A stretch of 64,000 nucleotides of DNA from the IMG/VR virus record IMGVR_UViG_3300006805_000023; one strand, given 5' to 3'. Position numbers and translations under genes: made by a program. Below are positions 36,628-45,316 of the stretch, piece by piece. Under the pieces are notes generated by a model, which was given only the letters and a program-made list of their open reading frames with translations, had not been told where the DNA came from and made no database searches. Each line of letters starts with the position of its first letter. Position 1 is the first letter of the stretch. Origin of the DNA: a virus. Taxonomy: Duplodnaviria > Caudoviricetes.

Positions 36628-37260
36628 ATGAAACTCGACCCTACCACATTCGCCCTCGTCTCCACCTACAGCCCTGACTACATCACCAGCGGTGAGTTCC
36701 AGGGCGACGACAACGACCTCGCCGTCGTGGTCAGCAACGCCTGCAACAAAATGGCCGACGCCGGTTACGCCGACCTCGCCTTCAAGACCTTTTTGGACTG
36801 CACGCCCCGCAACTGCCTGCCCCCGATTGAATTCGTTAGCAACATCAAGGTTGACTACGATGAGCGCGCTGCAAAGCATGTGAACCCAGACATCGTGGAC
36901 TTCTTGGTGAGCGGCGACATCTTCGGAACGACCGCCACCACTCCGGGTGCCGTCAGCTGGGTGGTGGAGAACAGCCATCCAGGAATCGTCAACCAAGAAG
37001 CCGATGAAGCTCGGATGGCTGCCGCTGCTGTGGTGCGCGCCTGGATGAAGGGCGAGATCATGCTGAGCCGCGACGGCGGCAAGGTGCGCGCCCTGCCGAA
37101 CAACAGCCTGAACCGCGAGTCGGCCCTGCTGAGCAACTCCAAGGCCGTCACCTTCCTGATGCTGGTTCTCACACGCGACATTGAGCTCGATCAAGGCCGC
37201 GTCTCGCCAGCCCGCCACGAAGCTTATAAATCCCTGTTTAGCCTGATGAACGGCAAGTGA
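36628..37260 (+). CDS. Hypothetical early protein
   Basis: Start MKLDPTT. Confidence 0.75.
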   Translation: MKLDPTTFALVSTYSPDYITSGEFQGDDNDLAVVVSNACNKMADAGYADLAFKTFLDCTPRNCLPPIEFVSNIKVDYDERAAKHVNPDIVDFLVSGDIFGTTATTPGAVSWVVENSHPGIVNQEADEARMAAAAVVRAWMKGEIMLSRDGGKVRALPNNSLNRESALLSNSKAVTFLMLVLTRDIELDQGRVSPARHEAYKSLFSLMNGK

Positions 37261-37328
37261 AGGGTCGGTATTGACCAGAGGTTATTTCTAACTTTCTTTA
37301 ACAACCTCACTCATCCCCTTTCCCACAC

Positions 37329-37790
37329 ATGTGCTACCACGACCGCTCCACCACTCCTTCCACGCCACGACTCATCAAGAACATGGGGCATGACCTGGAG
37401 GGAGCGCGGGCTCTGGCACGCCTCCTCAACACGCCGGGTGAAGCTCTGGCACGCCATCGCGAGTGGCATGTTGTCTCGACGGGAGGCGGCCAATATCAGG
37501 TAGCAGCGGTTCCGATGGTGGAGCTGCTCGAAAAGATCCAACGCCGCACCACCCCGCTGTCGGACGACCACCAGCAGTTTCTGCTGGCCGTCATGTGGGT
37601 CGTGCAGCACTCAGACTCAGGGCTTTCTCCTAACAAAACTATGGCCAACTACATCTTCCGCCTTCCTTCCAAAAGCGATGTCCAAAGTACCCTACCACTC
37701 CGCGAAGCCCTCAAGAAAACGCCGCAAGCGTGGCAACGCGTCGGGCGCTCACGCCGCCGGTCACCGGTCGCGCCAGCCAAGAAAGGTTGA
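37329..37790 (+). CDS. Hypothetical protein
   Basis: ORF track; 3' end overlaps the next ORF. Confidence 0.55.
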   Translation: MCYHDRSTTPSTPRLIKNMGHDLEGARALARLLNTPGEALARHREWHVVSTGGGQYQVAAVPMVELLEKIQRRTTPLSDDHQQFLLAVMWVVQHSDSGLSPNKTMANYIFRLPSKSDVQSTLPLREALKKTPQAWQRVGRSRRRSPVAPAKKG

Positions 37791-38115
37791 TGACGTCACG
37801 ACCGACAGCCTAGTCACTTTCACAGGTTGCGACGGCTTCACGACCGGCGACACCATAGTGATCAAGCAGGTTGAGACCCGCTGGTGGGTTCGCTGGTGGT
37901 ATCGCCTGACCTTCCGCAAAACCCCGCTGCGCAAGCATGTCCACTACATCACGTCCGTTAACTCAGAGTCCTCCTTCTATGTCTCCTCCGACCGACCCCT
38001 CCAGACCAAACGTCATCGAGTTCGAGGAAACCCCAGACGGAAGTGGAAGTGGGACGATCGTCTCGGCCGACGCAAGGGTGCTCAAGGTAGCGTCCACGGC
38101 CCCGACCTTCCTTAA
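37678..38115 (+). CDS. Hypothetical protein (basic N-terminus)
   Basis: ORF track; overlaps both neighbours. Confidence 0.45.
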   Translation: MSKVPYHSAKPSRKRRKRGNASGAHAAGHRSRQPRKVDDVTTDSLVTFTGCDGFTTGDTIVIKQVETRWWVRWWYRLTFRKTPLRKHVHYITSVNSESSFYVSSDRPLQTKRHRVRGNPRRKWKWDDRLGRRKGAQGSVHGPDLP

Positions 38116-38226
38116 GTTCCTGCCGGGTCAGGCGTGGGACACCACGGGAAAATACCGGCTCCGGTCCCCGTATCAGCCAGCGAATCAGGAGGTTGACTCC
38201 AAAACCGCCACAGCTTAGCTTCTTTC

Positions 38227-38478
38227 ATGGAACCACACACCGTCGAAATCACCCCGGAACTTGCCGCAGCACTCACTGCCGCAAGTGACGTCCTGAGAGT
38301 CGATGCCAACGAGCTGGCATCCTTCAATGACGCCAGAAACTCAGCGTCACGCGACGGCAAGCCGAACACGATCCCCTCCAGAGTCTATGACGCTGTCACC
38401 AAGGAAATGGCTCGCCTCAGGGGAATCTCAGATGTCCTCCTAAACATGCTCCCACCTAAACCAGAAGCGGAAGGATAA
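38227..38478 (+). CDS. Hypothetical protein
   Basis: ORF track. Confidence 0.6.
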   Translation: MEPHTVEITPELAAALTAASDVLRVDANELASFNDARNSASRDGKPNTIPSRVYDAVTKEMARLRGISDVLLNMLPPKPEAEG

Positions 38479-38479
38479 C

Positions 38480-39118
38480 GTGGCCCAGAAAAACAGAGCG
38501 CAGCTAGCGGGGCAACGTTTTGGGAGACTGCTGGTCCTGGAGATCGTTGAGGGAAAGACCATGTACCACAGCTCAGCTGTTTGGAAATGCCAATGCGACT
38601 GCGGAAAGACTACCGAGAAGGCTACATCGTCTTTGCTCGCTAAGCCGCCAAAAAACGTCCGTAGCTGCGGCTGCTTGGCTAAAGAGACCTCACGTAGGCT
38701 ATCTGAAAAAGGACGTGCTGCCGCAGTCGAAAAGGCGCGCATACCGAACGCTGGGTCTCTGGCTAATAGGCGCTATTGGCAGTACAAAGCAACAGCCAAG
38801 CTGAAGGGGAGGCCGTTTGAACTGACCCGCGAGCGCTTCGACGAGCTGTCACGGATGCCGTGCACTTATTGTGGTCTTCTACCAGGGATAATAACCGGAG
38901 CTGTTCCTCCCTCCGGCAAAGGCAACTCGAACTCAGGCGGGTTCTTCATGGGCTTGGACCGGGCGAACAGTCTGCTTGGCTATGTGAATTCTAACGTTGT
39001 GCCATGCTGCACCTGGTGCAACAGTGCAAAGATGGACCGCTCCGTGGAAGAGTTCACGACGTGGATTGCCAAAGCCTCTTCTCACCTCATTCAAACTCCT
39101 TTTCCTTATGTTCTCTAA
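38480..39118 (+). CDS. Free-standing HNH homing endonuclease
   Basis: GQRFGRL..W.CQCDCG...SCGC N-terminus; C.YCG...GLDR......Y...NVVPCC.WCN.AK; AT-richer codons. Confidence 0.85.
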   Translation: MAQKNRAQLAGQRFGRLLVLEIVEGKTMYHSSAVWKCQCDCGKTTEKATSSLLAKPPKNVRSCGCLAKETSRRLSEKGRAAAVEKARIPNAGSLANRRYWQYKATAKLKGRPFELTRERFDELSRMPCTYCGLLPGIITGAVPPSGKGNSNSGGFFMGLDRANSLLGYVNSNVVPCCTWCNSAKMDRSVEEFTTWIAKASSHLIQTPFPYVL

Positions 39119-39455
39119 CGGCCAGCGCATTGTGTGTATTTCCGACTCTTGGGCACCTTGGGTCCACGACCTCTACAAGCAACTCCCCAAGAAGGATCAG
39201 GTTTACACGGTCCGCAGTATGAGGCCAGGGCGTTCCAACCCCAACTTCGTGGTGAACGAAGACGCCGAGGTCAAGATGACCGGGGCTGAGTTTGACGTGC
39301 TGATCTTGCTGGAAGAGTTGCGCAACCCAGACGATCCGCACTCCTCAGTCAAGCAGGAGCTTGGTTTCAGGGCTGAACGTTTCGCGGAAATGCTCGAAGA
39401 GACTCACTACGACACGGTCGAGCAGAGCGTCCCACACGAGTTTGTCCCAGTTTGA
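39108..39455 (+). CDS. Hypothetical protein
   Basis: Start MFSNGQR. Confidence 0.6.
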   Translation: MFSNGQRIVCISDSWAPWVHDLYKQLPKKDQVYTVRSMRPGRSNPNFVVNEDAEVKMTGAEFDVLILLEELRNPDDPHSSVKQELGFRAERFAEMLEETHYDTVEQSVPHEFVPV

Positions 39456-39456
39456 C

Positions 39457-39485
39457 TTGACAAACGTCAAAGTCTGTGTTACATT
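39457..39485 (+). promoter_or_regulatory. Sigma70-type promoter, leaderless geometry
   Basis: TTGACA-17-TACATT-5nt-ATG 39491. Confidence 0.8.
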
Positions 39486-39490
39486 CCCAA

Positions 39491-39727
39491 ATGATCACCG
39501 AAACAAACCACGTTGTAAACGCTGCTGCCAAGGATGCCCAGGACACTCTCGCTGCTCTCAAAAAGCGCTGGCCGCAGGCCGTGTTCAGCTTTGAGACGAC
39601 TGCACTGGTAGTCTCGGTTCAGGAGTGCGCTCTCGGTGAGTGCCTCTGGGAGAACGACCCAGAGCCCGAAGAGGGCTGCACCCTCGGCCACCGCTGCACT
39701 GTTTGCGGCTGCAAGGTCCCGTTCTAG
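39491..39727 (+). CDS. Small Cys-rich protein
   Basis: C.LGECL...C.LGH.CTVCG. Confidence 0.65.
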   Translation: MITETNHVVNAAAKDAQDTLAALKKRWPQAVFSFETTALVVSVQECALGECLWENDPEPEEGCTLGHRCTVCGCKVPF

Positions 39728-39731
39728 GTAT
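39725..39731 (+). promoter_or_regulatory. Putative late promoter box TAGGTAT
   Basis: 6 nt upstream of ATG 39738. Confidence 0.55.
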
Positions 39732-39737
39732 CAGTTC

Positions 39738-40556
39738 ATGAAGAACGTGTTTATTCGAGGCTTGTGGGGCGATGTAGCAATCCCGCGCCTGTCAAAGGTG
39801 CGAGGCGACATCCAGCGTGCTGCCGCCATCGAGTTCCAGCCCCTCCCGTCGATCGGCTATGGCTACGGCCCTGATAACACGCAGGTGCTGCGCGAGGAGG
39901 GCAACCTGACCGACGTTCGCCAGATCGGCGAGACCCCGCTGGTGGACTGGAAGGAGACCGGCGAGCGCAACCTTGCGATCGAGGTCCCAAGGTATGACAC
40001 GCAGCGCAAGCTCTGTCAGAACTCCGGCCCGGTTGCGAGCCACCACCTTCCGTTTGGGGTGAGCATCTGGCGTCATAAGCTGGAATGCATCAGGCAGGCC
40101 CTGCAGGAGGCTGACGCCGTGTGCTGGCTCGACTGGGACTGCCGACTGGTCCGCGAGCTGCCGAAGGATTGGTGGGAGACCATGCGCAAGGGCCAGCCAT
40201 TCCAGGCCGCTCTGACCACCTACAAGAAACCGAAGGCCCACTGGCGTCCAGGCCCATGGGGTGACATTTCCAGGCATCAGGTCCCGTGTGGCTCCTTGGT
40301 TTACTGCCGTGATCCGAAGATCATCCAGGAAATGCTGGAGTTGCAGGATCACCAGCGCGACTGGTATGACGAGCAGGTTTACGCAGCCTGGATTGACCGG
40401 CAGACTGGGGGCTGGATCGGCACTGACCGTTACCGCGAGCTTGGCTTTGCCCCGCCAGACGTTTTGGTGCACCGGGCCGTGCATGTTCCGGCGAACACTC
40501 TATTCTATGCCCCGTTGCGGATCTGGAAATTTACTCAGCCGAAGGTTGAGGAGTAA
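39738..40556 (+). CDS. GT-A/nucleotide-diphospho-sugar transferase-like protein
   Basis: WRHKLECI...VCWLDWDC (DxD)...CGS...DEQVY. Confidence 0.55.
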   Translation: MKNVFIRGLWGDVAIPRLSKVRGDIQRAAAIEFQPLPSIGYGYGPDNTQVLREEGNLTDVRQIGETPLVDWKETGERNLAIEVPRYDTQRKLCQNSGPVASHHLPFGVSIWRHKLECIRQALQEADAVCWLDWDCRLVRELPKDWWETMRKGQPFQAALTTYKKPKAHWRPGPWGDISRHQVPCGSLVYCRDPKIIQEMLELQDHQRDWYDEQVYAAWIDRQTGGWIGTDRYRELGFAPPDVLVHRAVHVPANTLFYAPLRIWKFTQPKVEE

Positions 40557-40607
40557 CCTTGGCAAGGCCCGTCCGGCGGGTTACGGTGTGGCTTTCTCGA
40601 CACACCT

Positions 40608-41021
40608 ATGATCATCGACCCCGAACTCCGCAAAGCTCTCCGTGAGACTCTCCGCGTCAAACAACGCGAGCAGCGCCATTTCAACAAGTGGCACGCCCAG
40701 AAAGAGGCTGCAGCCGCCTTCCTGAAAGCCAACCCCGGAGTCGCTAAACGCGTCCGCGTCTTGAACAAGTCGATCGACGTTCTGGAGAAACAACAGGACG
40801 CAATGCGCAAGGAGATCGCCGCCTTCGGCCTGTCCAGAGACGCCAAGACGGTTGGCGATGAGAAGAAATTCAAGGCCAACGGCGGTATCCTGCCGATCGA
40901 GCCCCCGATGGTTCCTGGCTTCGACGGCGTGATCGCCCAGCTTACGGCAGCCACCACCAAAGCGCAGGCCAACGCCATCCTCCAGAAACTCGGCATTCAC
41001 TGGGAAACCCTCACGGCATGA
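40608..41021 (+). CDS. Hypothetical coiled-coil protein
   Basis: ORF track. Confidence 0.75.
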   Translation: MIIDPELRKALRETLRVKQREQRHFNKWHAQKEAAAAFLKANPGVAKRVRVLNKSIDVLEKQQDAMRKEIAAFGLSRDAKTVGDEKKFKANGGILPIEPPMVPGFDGVIAQLTAATTKAQANAILQKLGIHWETLTA

Positions 41022-41539
41022 TCACTCCCGAAATCATCAAAGGCCTGGACATCGTGCCTGGAGTGGTCGTCCTGCTCCGTGAGCTCAACCCATACACGGG
41101 GCGGAAGGTGATCAACCAAGTGACGGTCACTCAGGTCTGCTCCGGACATCTGATGGGGAACTGGCTGACGTCGTCCCAACAGGAGCCCTTCAACGACGAG
41201 ACCGCGCACAAGGGCCACTTCGGTTTCAATGACTACGAGCTATTCATGGTGATGAAGCGCCCGGTGTGCCGTCGCCAGAGCCCTCTGGCTTATAAGCGCC
41301 TCGACCAGATGGAGTACTCAAAGCCGCTCGAAATGGTGGTCGAGGCCGATTGGGAGTACTCGTTCGACGGGGGAGGCATCACGGGCGTCATCCCAGACAA
41401 CCAGAAGGTGCTGCCGGAGTGGGTCGGAAAGACCGTGAAGGAAACTGGAGTGTCGGCCTGGGAGTACTTCCGGGTCCCCATCTACGGTCGATGCGAGCGC
41501 TGTGGCCATGGCTCCTGCAACTTCCAACCCAGGACTTGA
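41018..41539 (+). CDS. Hypothetical protein
   Basis: ATGA overlap; C-terminal CERCG. Confidence 0.7.
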   Translation: MITPEIIKGLDIVPGVVVLLRELNPYTGRKVINQVTVTQVCSGHLMGNWLTSSQQEPFNDETAHKGHFGFNDYELFMVMKRPVCRRQSPLAYKRLDQMEYSKPLEMVVEADWEYSFDGGGITGVIPDNQKVLPEWVGKTVKETGVSAWEYFRVPIYGRCERCGHGSCNFQPRT

Positions 41540-41564
41540 CAGGCGGCAGCTCGTAGTTTATTGT
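41536..41564 (+). promoter_or_regulatory. Sigma70-type promoter
   Basis: TTGACA-17-TATTGT. Confidence 0.7.
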
Positions 41565-41600
41565 TAGGTCCAGTTCGCTTCAACGCGACCCAACAACACT

Positions 41601-41999
41601 ATGAAAACCAACATCGCCTCCTCCCTCCTGGCAGCCTCGCTGCTCCTCCTCACCTCCTGCGAGCAGATGAAGCAGCAGTGGGCTGTCAAAGCCACTCCGG
41701 TCGTCCCTCAGGGCCACATCCAGCACGGCAACCGCTACACCGCTACCTGGGGTGACCCCGAGGTGGTGAACTGGGTTGACAACCTCAACGGCCACCGCTG
41801 GACTTGCAGTTACGCGGACTTCTTCAAATACTGCGGCAAGAACCACCCGAGCGTCATGAGCATCACCGTGAAAGGGAAGCTCCCGGCCAACATCGCGCAT
41901 CCAGCTGCCAACCCTCAGCCCGGTGCTGTGGCCTCCACTCCGGCCCCGATCGACCTAATCGAGCCGGGTGAACCCGCCCCTTATCAGGTGCCCCAGTAA
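41601..41999 (+). CDS. Lipoprotein sharing a domain with the 32032 protein
   Basis: LLLLTSC lipobox; TATWG...SY.DFF..CGK..PS. Confidence 0.75.
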   Translation: MKTNIASSLLAASLLLLTSCEQMKQQWAVKATPVVPQGHIQHGNRYTATWGDPEVVNWVDNLNGHRWTCSYADFFKYCGKNHPSVMSITVKGKLPANIAHPAANPQPGAVASTPAPIDLIEPGEPAPYQVPQ

Positions 42000-42033
42000 G
42001 TGCTTTGTTGTCAGTCATCTACCAAACCCCACA

Positions 42034-42582
42034 ATGTCTGACCACCCGACTCACATCCCAGTGGCGGTCGCTCAAGAATTGAGCGACCGCCTTAAACTCA
42101 ACGGCGTCCTGATCATCGGCCTCGTTCCAGGCTCCATTCTGACCACCACCTGGGGTCGAGCCCCTAAGGACAAGCACCAAGTGGTCGATCTGGCAGCACG
42201 CATCAAAGCGGCCATCTTCCCAGAAGACGCCGCCCACGTCATCCACGAGGACTTCCGGGACGCTGATCAGGCAGCCCTAAGCGCGGACAAGCTCCGGCGT
42301 GACAACTTGGCTTTGCGTGACACGCTGGTCGAGTCCCTCCGGCAACTCGGCGGGTTCGGGATCACAGAGTCCAACCTGAGCAAAGAAGAAGGCCACGACC
42401 TCTTGAGCCAGCTGGCGCAGGAGGTGGATAACGACTGCGGAGGCAGTGAGCTGGACGCCTCTGATGTCCTCGAACCAGACGCAATGCTCGTGGAGATCTT
42501 GAAGCTCTCTCCCGAAAGACGCCAGAGCGCCGTGAAACGAGTCATTGCCAAGCGCCCTACGGAAGGAGGCCAACCAGCATGA
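42034..42582 (+). CDS. Hypothetical protein
   Basis: Start MSDHPTH. Confidence 0.7.
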   Translation: MSDHPTHIPVAVAQELSDRLKLNGVLIIGLVPGSILTTTWGRAPKDKHQVVDLAARIKAAIFPEDAAHVIHEDFRDADQAALSADKLRRDNLALRDTLVESLRQLGGFGITESNLSKEEGHDLLSQLAQEVDNDCGGSELDASDVLEPDAMLVEILKLSPERRQSAVKRVIAKRPTEGGQPA

Positions 42583-43028
42583 TCCTGACTTCTATCTCCG
42601 AGCTTGCCAAGGTGCGCGTTCCGGTCGGCACCGGCCTTACGTCTGGTTGCTTCGATCTGAACCACTTCTACCATCTGCACTACCTGGAGCGCTGCCGTGC
42701 CAGATGCGACTTCTTGGTGGTCGGCGTGGACTCAGATGACCTCGTGTGGCACTTCAAGAAAAAGCGCCCCGTTAACCCGGAGTACCAACGGGCTGCCATG
42801 ATCGCGCAGTGGCGTTGCGTCGATGCTGTCTTCATCATGCGCCGTCTCCAGGAGTTTGAAGAGGCCGCCCAGAGCGCCGAGTTCATCTTCAAGAACGAAC
42901 TCACTCTCTATGGCAAGCCGATCATCGGAGTCAAGAGAGGAACGACGGTCATCCAGGTCCCAGACGTCCAGGAGCTAACCAGCACGACCGCCATCATCAA
43001 GCACATCCGAAAGCGCAAGAAACGTTAA
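42579..43028 (+). CDS. Cytidylyltransferase-like (TagD/RfaE C-terminal, HIGH superfamily)
   Basis: SGCFDL.HF.H..YL......D.LVVGVDSD...K.RP....R....W.CVD.V, STT.II. Confidence 0.85.
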   Translation: MILTSISELAKVRVPVGTGLTSGCFDLNHFYHLHYLERCRARCDFLVVGVDSDDLVWHFKKKRPVNPEYQRAAMIAQWRCVDAVFIMRRLQEFEEAAQSAEFIFKNELTLYGKPIIGVKRGTTVIQVPDVQELTSTTAIIKHIRKRKKR

Positions 43029-43042
43029 GAGTCTATGGGGAC

Positions 43043-43071
43043 TTGACAAGTGGCAAAGTCTAGTTTATGTT
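43043..43071 (+). promoter_or_regulatory. Sigma70-type promoter, leaderless geometry
   Basis: TTGACA-17-TATGTT-6nt-ATG 43078. Confidence 0.8.
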
Positions 43072-43077
43072 TTACGC

Positions 43078-43413
43078 ATGAAGCTCCTCCACCCCTCCCC
43101 GCAGAACATCATCGCCCCTCACCTCACGATCCGTGGCATGCACTTCGACAAGGTCTCCCGGACCTTTTCGGTGGACGCCAGCCAGCTCTCCCCTCAGAAC
43201 TCCGGCCATTTCATGGGCCAGCTCTACAACGACGCTATGGACGTCGGCGTCGTGCTCGACAACCCTCACACCAACCGCTCAGTGCCGTTCTTCCTCAAAA
43301 ACGTCGATGAGCGCGAGGGCGACGTCATAGGATGGCGCTTCGAAGTGCTCGGAGAAACGGCATCCCGCCACCCCGAGCTTGCTGGTCTCAAACTCCTGAT
43401 CGTCAACACCTAG
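43078..43413 (+). CDS. Hypothetical phage protein
   Basis: LYNDA.DVG...EGD..GW.F. Confidence 0.75.
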   Translation: MKLLHPSPQNIIAPHLTIRGMHFDKVSRTFSVDASQLSPQNSGHFMGQLYNDAMDVGVVLDNPHTNRSVPFFLKNVDEREGDVIGWRFEVLGETASRHPELAGLKLLIVNT

Positions 43414-43425
43414 TTTACACCACTC

Positions 43426-44301
43426 ATGAAAAACACACGCCCAAGCAGGGATCCCAGCCCGACCCCGCAGAAAAACACACGCCCGACCGGAGAACTTAAC
43501 TCGCTTTTCCACGAGATCAACCAGTTCCGTCACCGTCTGGTGCAATGCAAGGACTGGGAGGTTGCTGACACCAACCCAGCGCTCGAACTGGCCGAGTATG
43601 AGGCCGCTATGCCGAAGAGTCTGACCAAGTCGCAGGCACGGACCGAGCTGGCGTCCAAGTTCACGCGCACCAAGGAAATCCTGGCCGACCTGCGCAAGGT
43701 GTGGGGCGACAACAAGCATCTTGACATCCTGGCCACCCACTATACCCACTATCAGTCATGGGCTGACGTGTGCGCCGACCCGAGTCCACCGACGTTCGAC
43801 ATGCGAATCCCAGCCCTGCGGTTCATGGCCGAGGCCTATGACGTCTGGGCTCGTGCCAGCGGGAAGGGCGTGTCGCTCAAGCCTTACTTTGGCTACTTCG
43901 ACGGCCCCGGCTACAACACGTCAACCCTGGAGGCCGAGATCACTGAGCCGATCCGGACCGAGGATGCACGCCGCGAGATCGAAGCCGCGATCCGTGACCG
44001 TAGCCTGCAAGTCCCGCTCGATTTCATCACGGATACCAAGGCTTTCATCACGGAGCGCGCCCGCCAGATCAATTCCTCCATGCAGCACCGCTGGCTTCAA
44101 GTTTACAACAAGATCGAACAACACCACATCGAGGAAATGCGCAAGGAAATGGTGGAAGAGCACGGCCTTGACCGGTTCAAACCAGAGACGGTTGCTAAGC
44201 TTCATTCTCTGACTTGGGAAAACGGTCACTCCAGCGGTTTCTCTGAAGTGAAGTCCCAATATCGTGACCTCGTCGAGCTGCTGGAGACTACCCTTGACTG
44301 A
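43426..44301 (+). CDS. Hypothetical protein
   Basis: ORF track. Confidence 0.75.
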   Translation: MKNTRPSRDPSPTPQKNTRPTGELNSLFHEINQFRHRLVQCKDWEVADTNPALELAEYEAAMPKSLTKSQARTELASKFTRTKEILADLRKVWGDNKHLDILATHYTHYQSWADVCADPSPPTFDMRIPALRFMAEAYDVWARASGKGVSLKPYFGYFDGPGYNTSTLEAEITEPIRTEDARREIEAAIRDRSLQVPLDFITDTKAFITERARQINSSMQHRWLQVYNKIEQHHIEEMRKEMVEEHGLDRFKPETVAKLHSLTWENGHSSGFSEVKSQYRDLVELLETTLD

Positions 44302-44322
44302 GCCTCATGAGTAGTTTATTAT
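44294..44322 (+). promoter_or_regulatory. Sigma70-type promoter, leaderless geometry
   Basis: TTGACT-17-TATTAT-5nt-ATG 44328. Confidence 0.75.
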
Positions 44323-44327
44323 GTCGC

Positions 44328-44480
44328 ATGAAACTGACTGAGTCCCACATCACTCGCAATGCGCGAGTTCTGAAAATCCCAAGGACGCGAGGTCGTGTCA
44401 CTCTGGCTGAAGCGCAGGCCCAGTATGACAACATCAAAAACGGCCACCAAGAGCGTTCCAAGAAACCGCGCAACTCATGA
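44328..44480 (+). CDS. 50-aa basic peptide (below the ORF-track cutoff)
   Basis: MKLTESHITRNARVLKIPR...; its TGA overlaps the kinase ATG. Confidence 0.6.
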   Translation: MKLTESHITRNARVLKIPRTRGRVTLAEAQAQYDNIKNGHQERSKKPRNS

Positions 44481-45292
44481 CTTACCGACCCGACCGCCTT
44501 GAATTCGAGCCAGATGACCAGCTGCTGAAGCAGGCCATCGCGGTTGCAACCGCCGCCCACCAGGGAACTGGGCTCCCCGAGTGGAGCGAGCTGGGTTCAA
44601 GAGCGGAGCGGGTGGCAGGTCGTAACAAGATCTCCAAGACCCTCAAGCGCCGTGAACAAACGGCGCTCATGGTGTGGGCTCAGAAGGACGGCCACCTGCT
44701 TGACTCCAAAGCCTTCACGAGTGCCTGGAAAGCCGGTGGCAAGCGCGGCGAGACCGAAAACGAGGTCTATTTCGACGAGGCCGCCCAGGGCTGGTGGAAA
44801 CGCAACGACCTGTCCTACCACGACACCTACCTGAGTTTCTTTCAGCGCGTGGCGCTCCACAACAAGACCTTCCCGGAGGTCCCTCTTGAGCTTAAGGGGT
44901 TCGTGGCCGACTACAACCGCGCCAACCCGGAGCGGGAGTTGATGCTCAAGCCTGTGCTGTTCCAGCCTCACGTGGAGATCGAGAAGAACAGTGACACGGA
45001 ACATGGTGCCACCGAGGAAGAGGTTTTCCGGCACATGACCGCCCTCGGCTATCAGCGGGTCGGCACGCACGACTATTACGACCCCAAGCAGCAGATCAGG
45101 ATTGAGGACCTGCACGATGAGAACGTCTTCTTCAAAAACGGAGAGCTGTTCGTGATCGACCCCGTCATCTATCTGGACGAACGCGGTAAGAAGCGTCGCC
45201 TCCAGGGGTCAGTCGATGCCGTCACGGAGTCCTTCGTTCCAGGGTTGATTCAGTCTCTGCGAGTCTTGACCCACAGGGTTGACGGCTGCTAG
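44477..45292 (+). CDS. Polyvalent-protein-type Ser/Thr kinase-like domain
   Basis: GE.ENEVY...KRN..Y...LHN..FPE...V..QPH...EDLHDENV...FVIDP. Confidence 0.7.
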   Translation: MTYRPDRLEFEPDDQLLKQAIAVATAAHQGTGLPEWSELGSRAERVAGRNKISKTLKRREQTALMVWAQKDGHLLDSKAFTSAWKAGGKRGETENEVYFDEAAQGWWKRNDLSYHDTYLSFFQRVALHNKTFPEVPLELKGFVADYNRANPERELMLKPVLFQPHVEIEKNSDTEHGATEEEVFRHMTALGYQRVGTHDYYDPKQQIRIEDLHDENVFFKNGELFVIDPVIYLDERGKKRRLQGSVDAVTESFVPGLIQSLRVLTHRVDGC

Positions 45293-45307
45293 TTTCTGCG
45301 TTAGGTT
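45279..45307 (+). promoter_or_regulatory. Sigma70-type promoter
   Basis: TTGACG-17-TAGGTT-9nt-ATG. Confidence 0.65.
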
Positions 45308-45316
45308 GCTTCCCTT

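Noticed and set aside
2115-43428. Apparent in-frame TAG fusions (2127 to 2117, 12414/12468 to thyA, 35201 to 35214, 43413 to 43426)
   Set aside because: A TAGNNT -10 box followed by 6 or 9 nt automatically puts TAG in frame with the ATG, so promoter geometry is a simpler explanation.
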